Source: Octopus bimaculoides
Taxonomy: Eukaryota
NCBI RefSeq assembly: GCF_001194135.2
Contig: NC_068988.1
Location: 91,899,713-91,963,712 of the forward strand
Reading direction: 5' to 3'
DNA: 64,000 nucleotides
A model generated the notes under the pieces. The model worked only from the letters and a program-made list of their open reading frames with translations. It was not told the DNA's origin and did not search any database. A program made the translations under genes and the position numbers. How positions within the stretch are numbered: position 1 is the first letter of the stretch; every line of letters begins with the position of its first letter. This document shows positions 1 through 12,801 of this stretch, piece by piece.

Positions 1-296
1 TTATTGAGCGAAAACACCTAAAGCTCCACAAGGCTCCGGCAGGGGATGGTGGCGATCCCTGCTGTACTCTTCCACCACAACTTTCTCTCACTCTTACTTC
101 CTGTTTCTGTTGTGCCTGTAATTCAAAGGGTCAGCCTTGTCACACTGTGTCACGCTGAACCTCCACGAGAACTACGTTAAGGGTACACGTGTCTATGGAG
201 TGCTCAGCCACTTGCACGTTAATTTCACGAGCAGGCTGTTCCGTTGATCGGATCAACTGGAACCCTCGATGTCGTAAGCGACGGAGTGCCAACAAC
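1..296 (+). mobile_element. tRNA-derived SINE, family B (5' end outside window), with hairpin 3' tail and (CAA)n end
   Basis: Near-identical to the reverse complement of the full-length copy at 22830-23175. Tail gttccgttgatcggatcaactggaac...ggagtgccaacaac. Confidence 0.85.
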
Positions 297-440
297 ATTC
301 TATTGCTTATTTTGGCGAACCGCAAAGTTGTGCAGTTGCAAACAAACCAACAGTCTGTCAAGTGGTGATGATTGGGAAAGAATACAAGCACAAACACACA
401 CACACAATAAAAACATATACATATATACACACATATATAC

Positions 441-486
<46 letters not shown>

Positions 487-1685
487 AAAAATAAAAATAA
501 AAAATATTAAAAAAAGGGTTTTGTATGATTGTGTATAGAGGAATATATTATTTAAAAGAGTTCCAGCTCTGTCTGTTTTTTTATGTTTTATTTATATTCT
601 TATAAAATTAATGTGGGATATAGGATATGGAATATATAATATAAATAGTAAAATGAAATGAAGTATTGAATGTCTTATTGAATATATGAAATATTGAGTA
701 TCAAATATATAAGGACTAGTATACTTTCCTGCCTCATGGCAGTCATCAAGACAAATGATCTGAATGTCTTACTGAATAAAAAATTCAAACCTAAAAAAAA
801 CCGTTAGATATTAAAAAAATAATTTATATATATATGTATATGTAGTTATGTATATATATNNNNNNNNNNNNNNNNNNNNNNNNNNNNNNNNNNNNNNNNN
901 NNNNNNNNNNNNNNNNNNNNNNNNNNNNNNNNNNNNNNATATATTTATTTATATTTATATTTATATATATTTGATTATTTTTTCTTATTTTTCTTATTTG
1001 TTTCAATTTATTTTCTATAACCTATTGGGCTTAATTAACCATATAAGGCTTTTTACTTCTTAATCCTAACTTAATATGAGGGCTTGTTTAGATTATGTAT
1101 ACTTAAGGTGATTATATGGTATATTATATATTACCATTACTTATTAGATTTACTTCTATTTGACCATTAACTTGTTAAAAAATATATTTTTATATTTTTT
1201 TATATTTTTTATTTACTTTCATAACTCCAACGGTCTTTTTTGAAATGTACAGCGTTCCGTACTGGTTCGTTGTCGAACTTCACCGCATAACATCATAAAT
1301 TTGCATCAATTATCATTTGCTTTGTCTTCTTACGGTTTCAACACCGATATGCTATACGGTTGCATTATGTCTCATGTATTTTCAACTTGTTTATTTACAT
1401 GTAATTATAGGTCAACTATGAATGTTGTCTATTTTTACTGTCTGCTTTGTATTAATACGACCCTGAAGAGATACAATATCCCATATCTTATAATATGCAT
1501 GAGTCGATCTGGATATTGCATCGAAATGTTCATAGGTCATAATAAAGTCTTTACAATGAATCAAATTTTAGCTCTTATTTAAATCGATATACATACAAAA
1601 ACTCAAAACTCACTTGTGAGTATTTTGCTACATTTGATAACAGATACAATATTTTTGCCAAATTTTGGTATAAATCTATAAATAC

Positions 1686-1727
<42 letters not shown>

Positions 1728-1729
<2 letters not shown>

Positions 1730-2145
1730 GTGTGTGCCTTTGCGTCCGATCACAATCATCTGCATACAGAAGGTCTGTTATGATAGAGGCAAATACCTTT
1801 GTTTTTGCAGCAAAGCGCCTGATATTAAATATGCTGTCAGAAGTTCGATAATAAGTGTAAACACCATATCTGCAGTTTCTGAATGCAATACAGAAACCCA
1901 TCGCAAAATATATGGCAAATAGGGTCGGTGCCAGAATATCCCTCTGTTTCACTCCATTTTGTTTTGAGATAGGCTCCGACATTTTACCTCTAACATTAAC
2001 CCTACCTTTCATGTCTTCATGAAAAGACCTAACCAAAGCAAGGAACTTTTCAGAGCACCCAAGTTTCCGCAGGACTTTCCACAGTACATCTCTATTAATG
2101 GTATCAAAGGCTTTTGTCAGATCGACAAAAGCCTGATATAAATCC
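1728..2145 (-). mobile_element. Internal reverse transcriptase fragment of an RTE-clade LINE
   Basis: ORF 1575-2171 contains FVDLTKAFDT, GVKQRDILAPTLF, YRTSDSIFNIRRF and LLYADD, which are RTE/BovB-like RT motifs. Both flanks are microsatellites. Confidence 0.85.
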
Positions 2146-2539
2146 ATACATACATACATACATACATACATACATACATAAAAGTGGCATCGAAGTCAGT
2201 CAGTTTGGCATAAGAGAACTATTCATCTTTCCATAACGAATACTGGAATGCTATCCTCAAGAACTTTTGCCATCGAGGTAAAAACTGATTTTCTTCTTAG
2301 GATAAATGCAAAGAAACATTTTTTTTTTAAGTAAAATCATAGCAATTATCAAGCAAGGAAAATTAACTAAAAATCAACAACACGTGGGATTTCTACTCCA
2401 TGGCTGGGCAGGAGACTTAGGCCAGCTTATTTCATCTAGCGAAATAGTTTCAGTGGACCTTTGAACTGAATCGAGACCTGTATGAATTTTATAAAAAGCC
2501 TTGGGAAGATTCCTTGATTGATTACATAAAAGGGATAAA

Positions 2540-4420
2540 GAATAATTGGGCTTTAAAGTACCCCAGTTACTCGAACTGTATTGCCAAGCAATTTAGACAA
2601 CAAGCGTCTTTCGTTGAATAAAAAAATGTTGTTACTCCTACAGGCCAAGAGAATCACAGTAAATATGTAACGAACCAGACCAGGGAATTCTTCTGAGAAA
2701 ACCGAAAACAATACGGACTACTATCCATGTGATAACAATAAAACTGAGACAAACGTACTGTCATGACACTAGAGAGTAGTAACCGATTATGAACAAGCAG
2801 AAATAATGAGTGAAGAGTACAACCATTTGAAAAACACTTATCAGCAAACTTCAAACAAAACTTCATCTACATTAGCAAATACTTACACGAGAGAACAATT
2901 ATCACATGACTCAATAGAAATCCAACCGACCCGATGTTATTCGCGATGGACTAAATAGCTAATGAACAGCTGGTAGAGATTGGAAACATCAACTTTTGGA
3001 ATGCTCTTGTATGCTGTGCTGCGATTACCATTCGCCAACAAATGGGAGTAGAGGAGATCGATCGCAGTGGGAAGAAACAACCAAAATGGATTTACTTCTC
3101 TCCAAACACATCGACAAACTCAGGAAAAATATTGGACAACTGGACACTGTCATTAAGTGTATAGTGAATAGTATATTCACGAAACATCTGCAGCAACTTT
3201 AGGATAGATCATCTAAAGTATATGGGAAATGTCGACAAAAGAGACTAACGGAAGGCGGCGAGCTGGCAGAAACGTTAGCACGCCAGGCGAAATGCTTTGC
3301 GGTATTTCGTCTGTCTTTACGTTCTGAGTTCAAATTCCGCCGAGGTCTTTCGGGGTCGATAAATTAAGTACCAGTTGCGTACTGGGGTCGATCTAATCGA
3401 CTGGCCTCTTCCCCCAAACTTTCAGGCCTTGTGCCTAGAGTAGAAAAGAAAAGACACTAACGGGCAAGCAAATTATACTAAAACACGAACTGCGAGCAGT
3501 AAGTCAACAATTTCGTTATGGAAAAAGATGCTACTAGAAGGAAAATTCATAAAGTGTATGAACCCACAAGCGGTGTATCGCAGTATGAAAGGCCATGCCA
3601 CATGGTTCTGGAAGCTCCTCAACTGGATGATCTAGCATCATTTTGGGGAGGGATCTGGAATGTAAATAAACAACACATTGCGATGTAATGTGATGATTTA
3701 CGGAGCTAGAACTAAGCAAGCGTCTCTTCCAACAATGAAATTCTCCTGATGTTGTTGCAAAACTGTCTCATTTGGGAGAGACTTGATAGTTGGTTATTGG
3801 TATAGAAAGCTCACATTCTACGAAGTGGCTTCCCTCTTCCATAAAACAATGAATGCTGAGACTGATGTGCAAGACTGGTTTGGTTGACAGTCGCAAGGAG
3901 ATGCATGTGGCCAAAAATCACAGGCCCGAAGCATGCTTGGATGTTACGTATGTATTGTGCAAAAATTGCTTAAATAGATTCCCCCAGGATCACTGCGAAG
4001 CATATTGTAGTGTCAAAAAGAAGTCTGGGTCTGTAATGAACAACTTCTCATCAATAAAGTTGTCCTTAAGGAAGCGAAATAGCATCGCCAAAACCTGCTG
4101 ACTGTGTGACCAAACTATAAGAAGGCGTTTAATTCTGTTATTTGCTCATGGATAATAGTCATTATTCCTGGTTAAGATTCCAATATTCTTAACAGGCTGA
4201 CAACATGGTTCACAGAGCTATCGATATAACAAGAAGTTACCACTACAGTCACTGAGAGAATTATGGTATCAACAGGAAAACTTCAAGGTGACATATCTGT
4301 AATGCTTTTAGTCTTAGCAATAAAAGTCTTGACAGCCCTGTTGAAGAAATACAAAGGCTGTGTGATAGAATCTGTAGATGAAAGAAGGATTAATGTCACA
4401 CACACCTTTTTGAAAGCCTG
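2540..4420 (+). mobile_element. Degenerate non-LTR retrotransposon RT region, R4/Dong-like; 5' boundary approximate
   Basis: Fragmented motifs GYWYRKLTFY (~3790), KNHRPEACLDVTY (~3915), NYKKAFNSVICSWI (~4110) and QGD (~4285). Interrupted by a SINE. Confidence 0.6.
3252..3448 (+). mobile_element. tRNA-derived SINE, family A, with 15-bp target-site duplication
   Basis: A-box-like ctggcagaaacgttag, B-box-like gagttcaaattcc, central ctttcggggtcgataaa...agtacc. Flanks aaaagagactaacgg (3237-3251) and aaaagacactaacgg (3449-3463). Confidence 0.85.
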
Positions 4421-5491
4421 TTTTGTGATGAGACCATAACTCCAACTTCAATTGAGCCCTTAATCAATAATATGTCTCATAAATTGTACTAAATTTTATT
4501 GAATGTTGAATGTTACAACTCAAGGTATCAGGCCGTCTTACATTTGTTTTGAAACTCCACAAAAAAAAAGATCAATTTCAGACAATAAAGCCTGAGATTT
4601 CCAATATTCGATGTTTAAAAGAAGAAAAACAAAGAAATTTTCGGAAACATAGAAAAATGAAGAGTCGATATACTTACTCCGAAATCCTACTTTGTATTGC
4701 TGTTGAAATATTTTGTGCTCATAGATTTGCATATTCTAATATAAATAACGATAGTAAAGCATCGGCCGCAAAAGTGTTGCATTTTTTAAATAAAATTATT
4801 CGAGATGCAGTGTAGTTTTATCAATGACCAGGTTGCAGTTCGTGCGACAAAAATGTTGACACTTTATAACAAATAACAGTGCCTTAACAAAAATTTTATT
4901 TATTTATTTATATGTGATTGGTCAGTAAGTGTTATTTCCAATTTGCTTCTGTCTAGAAATCAAAGGAAACGACTACTGTTCCCTTCAAACTTTGCTTTTG
5001 TGACCTGGATATCAATGTTTTCAAAACTTACCTATTTTCCATTACATTTCAGACAGATTCAGTGCTGAGTTGCTGAAGAAGATATACCGTTAGAGCAAAT
5101 GTTCTGCTCAATGCCACAGGTTTCCTTGTCAATTGCTTGTCCTTAACCACTTCAGCATGTCTCTTAGTGGTTGACAATATGTGCATCTCTAATCATGAGC
5201 AGTAGTGGAGGAGCATCATAGCCATATATTGAGAGGGCTGCTTTGGGATTTGAATAAAAGTAAGAAAAGCAAAATTTGAAGGAAATAGCCATTTTTCGTA
5301 CTTTCTAGGGGTAAGCAAACAAGAAATGACAGTTACTACCCAAGGACAAAACTCGTGTTGCACAGTGTTATTTCTTATTTGGTACCAAAATTTACTTTCA
5401 TCGTCTTTGCATGCTTTTGAATAAATAATATACATCTTCCTCGCTGCCATCGTTTTAGTTATCATAACTACATTACATCAATTACTGTTGG

Positions 5492-5725
5492 TACCTTGGC
5501 AGATTCGTTAGAAAGGTAGTGGTGGAAACTGCCTTTCAGCAGTTTACCTTCACTTTATACTTTGAGTTCAAATACTGCAGAAATTACCTTTGCCTTTCAT
5601 CCTTTCAGGGATATAGCACCAGTCTATATAAATATAGTACCAGTCTATATAAAGAGGGGTCGATGGTATCAACTAGTTTTCTCCCCTAAAAATTGATGAC
5701 TTTGTACCTAAATCAGGAACCAGTA
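5492..5725 (+). mobile_element. Degenerate SINE family A copy
   Basis: ttggcagattcgttag...gagttcaaatactgcag...tttgcctttcatcctttcaggg. Confidence 0.65.
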
Positions 5726-6397
5726 TTATTATTGATGTATATATATATATATATATATATCTGTAAACAAAACATTCAAACACTAAGATTTGAAATAAGA
5801 TGTCACTACTGTTAATATCATCGGTGGATAAAATTTAAAATTGATGGCAAATAGCGTTAGTTAGCTATAAATCACAAATTTGCACGATATATATATATAT
5901 ANNNNNNNNNNNNNNNNNNNNNNNNNNNNNNNNNNNNNNNNNNNNNNNNNNNNNNNNNNNNNNNNNNNNNNNNNNNNNNNNNNNNNNNNNNNNNNNNNNN
6001 NNNNNNNNNNNNNNNNNNNNNNNNNNNNNNNNNNNNNNNNNNNNNNNNNNNNNNNNNNNNNNNNNNNNNNNNNNNNNNNNNNNNNNNNNNNNNNNNNNNN
6101 NNNNNNNNNNNNNNNNNNNNNNNNNNNNNNNNNNNNNNNNNNNNNNNNNNNNNNNNCGTGGTTCAAAACTTTCCGACATCAACTTTGCCTTTCGTCTTCT
6201 GAGAGACGATAAAAAATGACTACTCCAAGACAGTGGTTTGGCAGAACTGCCAATTGGTTTAACTGCAGGTTGCGCCTTGGGTCGCCTTCAGCGGTATTCA
6301 CTCTGTTGCAAGACATTGGAGTCAGGCTTCCTTCGAAATTCGAAAGCAACATTAGCCACGTAAATACCATCATCTGAATAAACAAATATATACAATT

Positions 6398-6657
6398 GTG
6401 TGTGTGTGTGTGTGCGCGCGCGTACATATATCTATCCATCCATCCATCCATCCATCCATACATACATACATACATACGGATATACATGGGTGTGAGAGAA
6501 AGAGTGATAACTGGATTGATAGCTGGACAGACATGACTAGATGGATGAGAGATAGAAGGAGAGAGAGGAAGAGAGAGGGGGCGGGAGCGGGAGCGGGAGC
6601 GGGAGCGGGAGCGGGACAGACAAATAGATAGATGGACAGACGGACAGACAGACAGGC

Positions 6658-6703
<46 letters not shown>

Positions 6704-6730
6704 GTAGATAGATAGATAGATAGATAGATG

Positions 6731-6788
<58 letters not shown>

Positions 6789-6789
6789 C

Positions 6790-6845
<56 letters not shown>

Positions 6846-6880
6846 TATATTATACTATACTATACTACACTGTACTAGAT
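6398..6880. repeat. Compound microsatellite: (GT)n, (ATCC)n, (ATAC)n, (GCGGGA)n, (GACA)n, (GATA)n
   Basis: Directly visible tandem units. Confidence 0.95.
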
Positions 6881-7190
6881 AATCAGTTGTCTACAGAGCT
6901 TGCTGTAGATGCTGCAGATGCAACCGATGCTTAAAGATTCCTTGTAGTATCCAAATAAGTTTAGTTGCGTAAGAGACGAAACCAAAAGTAAAAAACAAAA
7001 TACGTGTGTTGGGTCACAGTGACCTTCGTCAACCTGGTCTCAGTCACATGGTAGCAGTTTGATATCGTTAATTACTTTTCTCTTTTTCTCTCTTTTTATC
7101 TCCTTATCTTTCTTTTCATGACGTACTTTCTCTTACATATTTATGCAATTATGCATGCTTATACATACACACATATATGAGTGTATATGG

Positions 7191-7241
<51 letters not shown>

Positions 7242-8189
7242 NNNNNNNNNNNNNNNNNNNNNNNNNNNNNNNNNNNNNNNNNNNNNNNNNNNNNNNNNNN
7301 NNNNNNNNNNNNNNNNNNNNNNNNNNNNNNNNNNNNNNNNNNNNNNNNNNNNNNNNNNNNNNNNNNNNNNNNNNNNNNNNNNNNNNNNNNNNNNNNNNNN
7401 NNNNNNNNNNNNNNNNNNNNNNNNNNNNNNNNNNNNNNNNNNNNNNNNNNNNNNNNNNNNNNNNNNNNNNNNNNNNNNNNNNNNNNNNNNNNNNNNNNNN
7501 NNNNNNNNNNNNNNNNNNNNNNNNNNNNNNNNNNNNNNNNNNNNNNNNNNNNNNNNNNNNNNNNNNNNNNNNNNNNNNNNNNNNNNNNNNNNNNNNNNNN
7601 NNNNNNNNNNNNNNNNNNNNNNNNNNNNNNNNNNNNNNNNNNNNNNNNNNNNNNNNNNNNNNNNNNNNNNNNNNNNNNNNNNNNNNNNNNNNNNNNNNNN
7701 NNNNNNNNNNNNNNNNNNNNNNNNNNNNNNNNNNNNNNNNNNNNNNNNNNNNNNNNNNNNNNNNNNNNNNNNNNNNNNNNNNNNNNNNNNNNNNNNNNNN
7801 NNNNATATATATATATATATATATATACATACATACATATTTGCATACATATGTGTGTATGTATATACATATAAACATGTATGTATGTATGTTGTGTATG
7901 CCCCTGTGCAGGCGTAGGACACATACTGTGATCAAGGCAGACCTAAATTTTCAAACATGTTTCACAAGTTTTTTTGTTTTTTATTAATGCTTTTCGTTAG
8001 TTTTTTTCTTACGTGAATACCGGGTACATTGCTTAGACTGTGTAAATACTCAGTGTACGTCCCGGTTACTACACACCAACCTTACTACTGCCACCACTAC
8101 TACCAATCCTGACACCACTATTCTCATCACAAATATTCACACCTATGTTCTTTTATAAAGTATTTTGACTTCAGCCTACTGATTGAAGT

Positions 8190-8440
8190 TTGCACCAGCT
8201 AACGTCGAGATTCTGGGTTCAAATTCTTTAAGCATTATCTTTTGATATTATGTTTGTTTCAGTTATTGTACTGCAGCCATACTAGGGAACCGCCTTCAAA
8301 GGTTCAGTGGAACAAATCCACCCCAGTACTTTGTGTGTGTGTGTGTGTGATTCTGGCACTTTTTCTGTCGGTCTCGTTTGCCGAACCGTTAATTAAAGAG
8401 ACATAAATAAAACACTATTTTTCAAGTCATAATTAAGGGA
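8190..8440 (+). mobile_element. SINE-like repeat, family C; further copies at ~18335-18530 (+) and ~34660-34885 (-)
   Basis: Shared gtttcagt.attg...gccatactgg...accccagt...gccgaaccg motifs across the three copies. Confidence 0.6.
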
Positions 8441-8744
8441 AAAACGCAAACACAAAATTATACTCACTTATACATCTATGTATATCCTGGATTCCATACA
8501 GTTTCCGTCTAGCAAATTCACTCGCAAGGCACTCCACAATGCAGACAACTGCCCAAGGTGCCTCGTAGTTAAACTGAATTCGAAACCACATGGTTGCAAA
8601 GCGAGCGCACGCGCGTGTGTCACTTACTATTTCATATTTACTAACAGACGATTCTGTAGCAAGACTCGAAAGTGAGTCGTCAGCTTGCGAAGTTTAAATC
8701 ACGGCTTAACAACACCTTGTTCATGTGAGAGGCCGAGTTATGGA

Positions 8745-8820
8745 CCAATCGGCAGCCAGACATCACGTGATAGGTCATTGTAGATCCTTCTGGAATGTCC
8801 ATGCACAAGGCCTATAAATA
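8745..8820 (+). promoter_or_regulatory. CCAAT box, TCACGTGA E-box and TATAAATA cluster, possibly an LTR-like promoter
   Basis: ccaat 8745-8749, tcacgtga 8763-8770 and tataaata 8813-8820 in canonical order within a CpG-retaining patch. Confidence 0.35.
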
Positions 8821-9289
8821 GGCGCGTTTTTGAGTGCCAACCTTTAGTGGGTGGCAGCACGCGCTTCAGCTCCACACTCTTTGCTTTTTATGATGATCTT
8901 TTTTCCGACTTCTGTTCAACCTTGATATGTCGTTATACTTGGCCAACGTGAAACCAACGTATATATTTTCTCCTATCTTGGCAAGCTTAATTACAGAGTG
9001 TTTTCTTTGTTGTTGTTCTTTTTATGTTTTTATCAACTATTTGTAAAAGCTACAGAATGATTCTTTCCATTGTGTTGATGTTAATGTTGCAAATTCTAAT
9101 TTCTGACCACCCTGAGAATCACTTGTGCCGCGAAATAAATATCTTAAATTTATCACAAGTTTTCTGCGTTCATTATGCGTAGCCTGATTTCAACTCGTTA
9201 CCCTCATCCCTTGTTTTTCATCGTTTGTCTATCATGGCAAACCAGTAACGCAATACTCAACATACCTGTGATAATTCTAAATTCGATCT

Positions 9290-9830
9290 AAACAAACAAA
9301 AATACAGTACCGCTGGCCTCCGCAGGCCATCCGAGGCCTTTGACAGTAATGCTAACAACATTCTACTTAAACTTTTGCTTTTTTATTGCAAATCAAATCT
9401 AAACAGAGACCTTAAGACTAGTTTCTTTCGAGCAACAATAGAAGCTATCCTCTTATATGATTGCATTATATGGACTCTAACTAAGACACTGGAAAGAAAA
9501 CTAGACGGAACATACACAGGACTTCTGGAAGCAGCACTTAACATCAAATGACAGTGCCATACAACAAACTAGCTTCTTTATAGTAATCTTCAAAAAGTTA
9601 TCTCCATCATTAGGGAAAGAAGATTGAGATTCTGCGGACGCTGGATTCGTTGCAAAGATGAAAAATGAGTTGAATGCTGATGTAAGAACTAACACATAGA
9701 AAACGACTTATGAATCCTCTTACCAGGACATTTATGGACCAACTGGTTGAAGATTCTGGTCTAGTGAAGAGCGATCCACCAAGAGCAATGCAGGATACGA
9801 AATTCTGTAGATGAAGTAGTTGATGATGTT
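9290..9830 (+). mobile_element. 3' portion of an RTE-like LINE ORF, degenerate
   Basis: Translates FFRATIEAILLYDCIIWTLTKTLERKLDGTYTGLLEAALNIK*, typical of the post-RT region of RTE-type LINEs. Confidence 0.7.
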
Positions 9831-9889
9831 CGTCTGCGGACGACGCAGTAGCTAAATAAATTCTTGCAAGTTGACGCCTGTTGAAAAAG

Positions 9890-10490
9890 ACATGAGTAGG
9901 GAGGAAGAGTTCCAGAAGGATGACATTCTAGGAAGGAAGGCAGGAGTAGACATGGTGGTTAATACAGACCTCGGGAGGTTTTACACAACATGAACAGTGA
10001 GAGAAGAAATGAATGATATGGAAGCGTTATAGCGCTATAGCCGAGATGGGATATAACCAGCTTGCTCCGAGGAACTGAGGTCATTGTAGTAGCGATAGGA
10101 AAGAGGGTATAACATGGTTGCAGGTCCGAGGTCGGAGCATGTCTGCCAATTAGTCGATGACCTTTCTCTCGATGCGGTTTACGATGCTTATGCAGCAGTA
10201 GCAGCATCGCCCAAATGCTGGATCAGCATCTAACAGTGGGTCTCACCTGAGATTTAAAGAGTGTCGGCGATTGTTAGGGGTTAAAGTATTTTCGCTGAAG
10301 AGAAAGGCCAGGGTTTTTGGGGGGGGGGGTTTGCGGAGGAGAGTAGCTACGGTCCTAGCCAGAAATGTCAAGGATATGCTTCCGCCATGGAAAAAGAGCG
10401 GTGAAAGTAAGGTTTTACGTTTAAATCGATCAAGGGGGCTTTAGTTGCGTGTTGCTCATGTTTAAGTGCGATATTTTGTTGATATGATTA
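9890..10490 (-). mobile_element. Degenerate C-terminal RT region of a CR1/L2/Jockey-group LINE; clade uncertain
   Basis: Minus-strand fragments NRIERKVI, RLIGRHAPTSDLQP and LFPIATT/LSLFYRYY-like, resembling the LQPLSHRRxVASLSLFYRY region of these LINEs. Confidence 0.5.
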
Positions 10491-10658
10491 GNNNNNNNNN
10501 NNNNNNNNNNNNNNNNNNNNNNNNNNNNNNNNNNNNNNNNNNNNNNNNNNNNNNNNNNNNNNNNNNNNNNNNNNNNNNNNNNNNNNNNNNNNNNNNNNNN
10601 NNNNNNNNNNNNNNGTGTGTGTGTGTGTGTGTGTGTGTGCGTGCGTGCGCGCGCGTTT

Positions 10659-11195
10659 GTGCGTTTGTGCGTTTTTATCGTTAAGGGACAATTTTGTTGT
10701 CCTCATTGGCGGGTACTTTCAAGGCCTCTGCTCATACAAATATAACTGGATTGTGAGGTAGCGTCAAGGTTACATGTGGATGATGTTTAGTTAGAGAAGG
10801 TTATGAAAGAGCGTACGCGGTAGACATGACAATAGTAAAGAAGGAAGAGTTAGGGTTAGGGTTAAACTATCGCTGTTATGTCTACGAAATATATATATCC
10901 AGTAACACTGTCACTCTGGGGTTTGTCGACTGGATAGGGTTTGCAACATGGGATAGGGTTGCATGGTCGACACTCACTACAATCAATACATTTCTATCTT
11001 TTAGTTAGATTGATGTTGTGAATCCAAGTCAACAACTTCACCTGCACATATGAGAAAAAGAATGTGGAATACGGAATTGGAAAACCTTGACGCTACCTCA
11101 CAATCCAGTTATATTTGTATGAGCAGAGGCCTTGAAAGTACCCGCCAATGAGGACAACAAAATTGTCCCTTAACGATAAAAACGCACAAACGCAC
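10659..11195. repeat. Perfect 113-bp inverted repeat (10659-10771 / 11083-11195) with a 311-bp spacer
   Basis: Base-by-base comparison of the left arm with the reverse complement of the right arm shows no mismatch. Confidence 0.9.
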
Positions 11196-11448
11196 GGCTT
11201 TTTAAGAACAATGGTCTCATCCTCAAAAAGAGAAAAACAAAACAGATGACCGCTATTTTAAAATATATTTATTGGTTCCTCGGAAGATAAAAAGAAACGT
11301 TGATCCCGCTGGGTTGCTCGGGAAAAGAAAATAACCTGATTGAAAAGCGTAAAGAAATAAAGTATCCGACGTTTCTAACTATTCTTTCACTTCATTACCT
11401 TAATAAAGCGTAGTGTCTTAATTGGTGTCAATATTAACATCCACAAAA

Positions 11449-11826
11449 AGGTTGCAGACTGGCAGAATCATTAGCACGCCGGGCAAAATCCTTAGCGACA
11501 TTGCATCCGTCTTTGCGTTCGGTGTTCAAATTCCGCCGAGGTCGACTTTGCCTTTTATCCTTTCGGGGTCGATAAAATCAGTATCAGTTGAGCATCGGGG
11601 TCGACGTAATCGACTTTCCCGAAATAACCGGCCTTGTGTCAAAATTTGAAACCAATACTAACATCTACAAAGGTAGCGAGCTGGTAGAATCGTTAGCACG
11701 CAGAGCGAAATGTCTAGCGGCATTTCTTTCGTCATGAATTTCTGAGTTCAAATTCTGTCGAAGTCAGCTTTACCTTACTTACCAGCTTCCCTAAATTTGC
11801 TGGACTTGTGCCAAAATTCGAAACCA
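11449..11826 (+). mobile_element. Two tandem SINE family A copies (11449-11655; 11669-11826, internally deleted)
   Basis: Each has the ctgg(c/t)agaatc.ttagcacg head, gttcaaattc B-box and cttgtg.caaaatt.gaaacc end. Confidence 0.85.
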
Positions 11827-12766
11827 ACGTATAGAGCCATTCTCATGAAAATTAAACCAAAACAGGTTTTCAAATACTTATAAAACGCCCAGAAAAATCA
11901 CTATATACTGTAAAATTATGTTGAAATAGTTAATTTTTTCGAGCAGATATCGATATTTGGATTTTTTTTTTCCAGATCTACACAGCGTTGTCTTTGGCGT
12001 CAAACTTTTTTGCTACTTACATCCCATCCGCTTCTGTTAAATTACACCAAGTAAATGTGAATTATACTACAGACAATTTTGTAGAATAAACACCTCAGTA
12101 TTTTCTTGAAATTTCAAGGTCGTTGGAAATAAATACCATGGAGATTTTTATGTTGCTCTAGAGAAATACAGAGGAATTAGCAGTTAATATTTTCAGGCGA
12201 AACAAGTTATTTTGTGTGATGTTATGTGCGACATACATTTTAGATCTGCTTCAAAAACTTCGTTCCAGGTAGAAAACAATCTTTGCCTGGGTAGCCAAAC
12301 TTAACTGTAAAAAATTAATCAATGCAATTCTTGTAATTGCTCAAGATTTACAGCTTAGACATTTTATAATTTGCGTCTAAGGCTGTCATCTACGTCACGA
12401 AAGATATTCCAACATTGGCATATAAATCGTTTAGTTTGACATTTTCGTAGTGGTTTCGTAGTAGTTTTTTTTCCATTATGTCATTGCCAAATTGCAGCAG
12501 GAACATTGCCAAATTGCTGCTAGTCTGGGCTGTTGTAAACTGTACCATAGCTTTATTCGTATTTATGCCTGTGTTGACTGTTTAAGACCAGTATTGTGTC
12601 TAGTTGTCTAGATTAGCAACGACAACAATCAAGTATTTTCATACAAATTAACAAAAGAGAGTCGTGACGGAATGCAGGTTTACCTACCTACGTACCTACC
12701 TACCTATCTATCAATCTATCAATCTACCTATCTATCTATCCACCTATCTATCTATCTATCTATCTA

Positions 12767-12798
<32 letters not shown>

Positions 12799-12801
<3 letters not shown>

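Noticed and set aside
3252-3330. tRNA genes at SINE heads (also 11449, 15771, 23130 and 32750)
   Set aside because: A/B-box-like motifs without a complete cloverleaf, each fused to a repeated body; these are SINEs.
10848-10864. (TTAGGG)-like repeat as an interstitial telomere or healing site
   Set aside because: Only about 2.5 units; too short to distinguish from chance.
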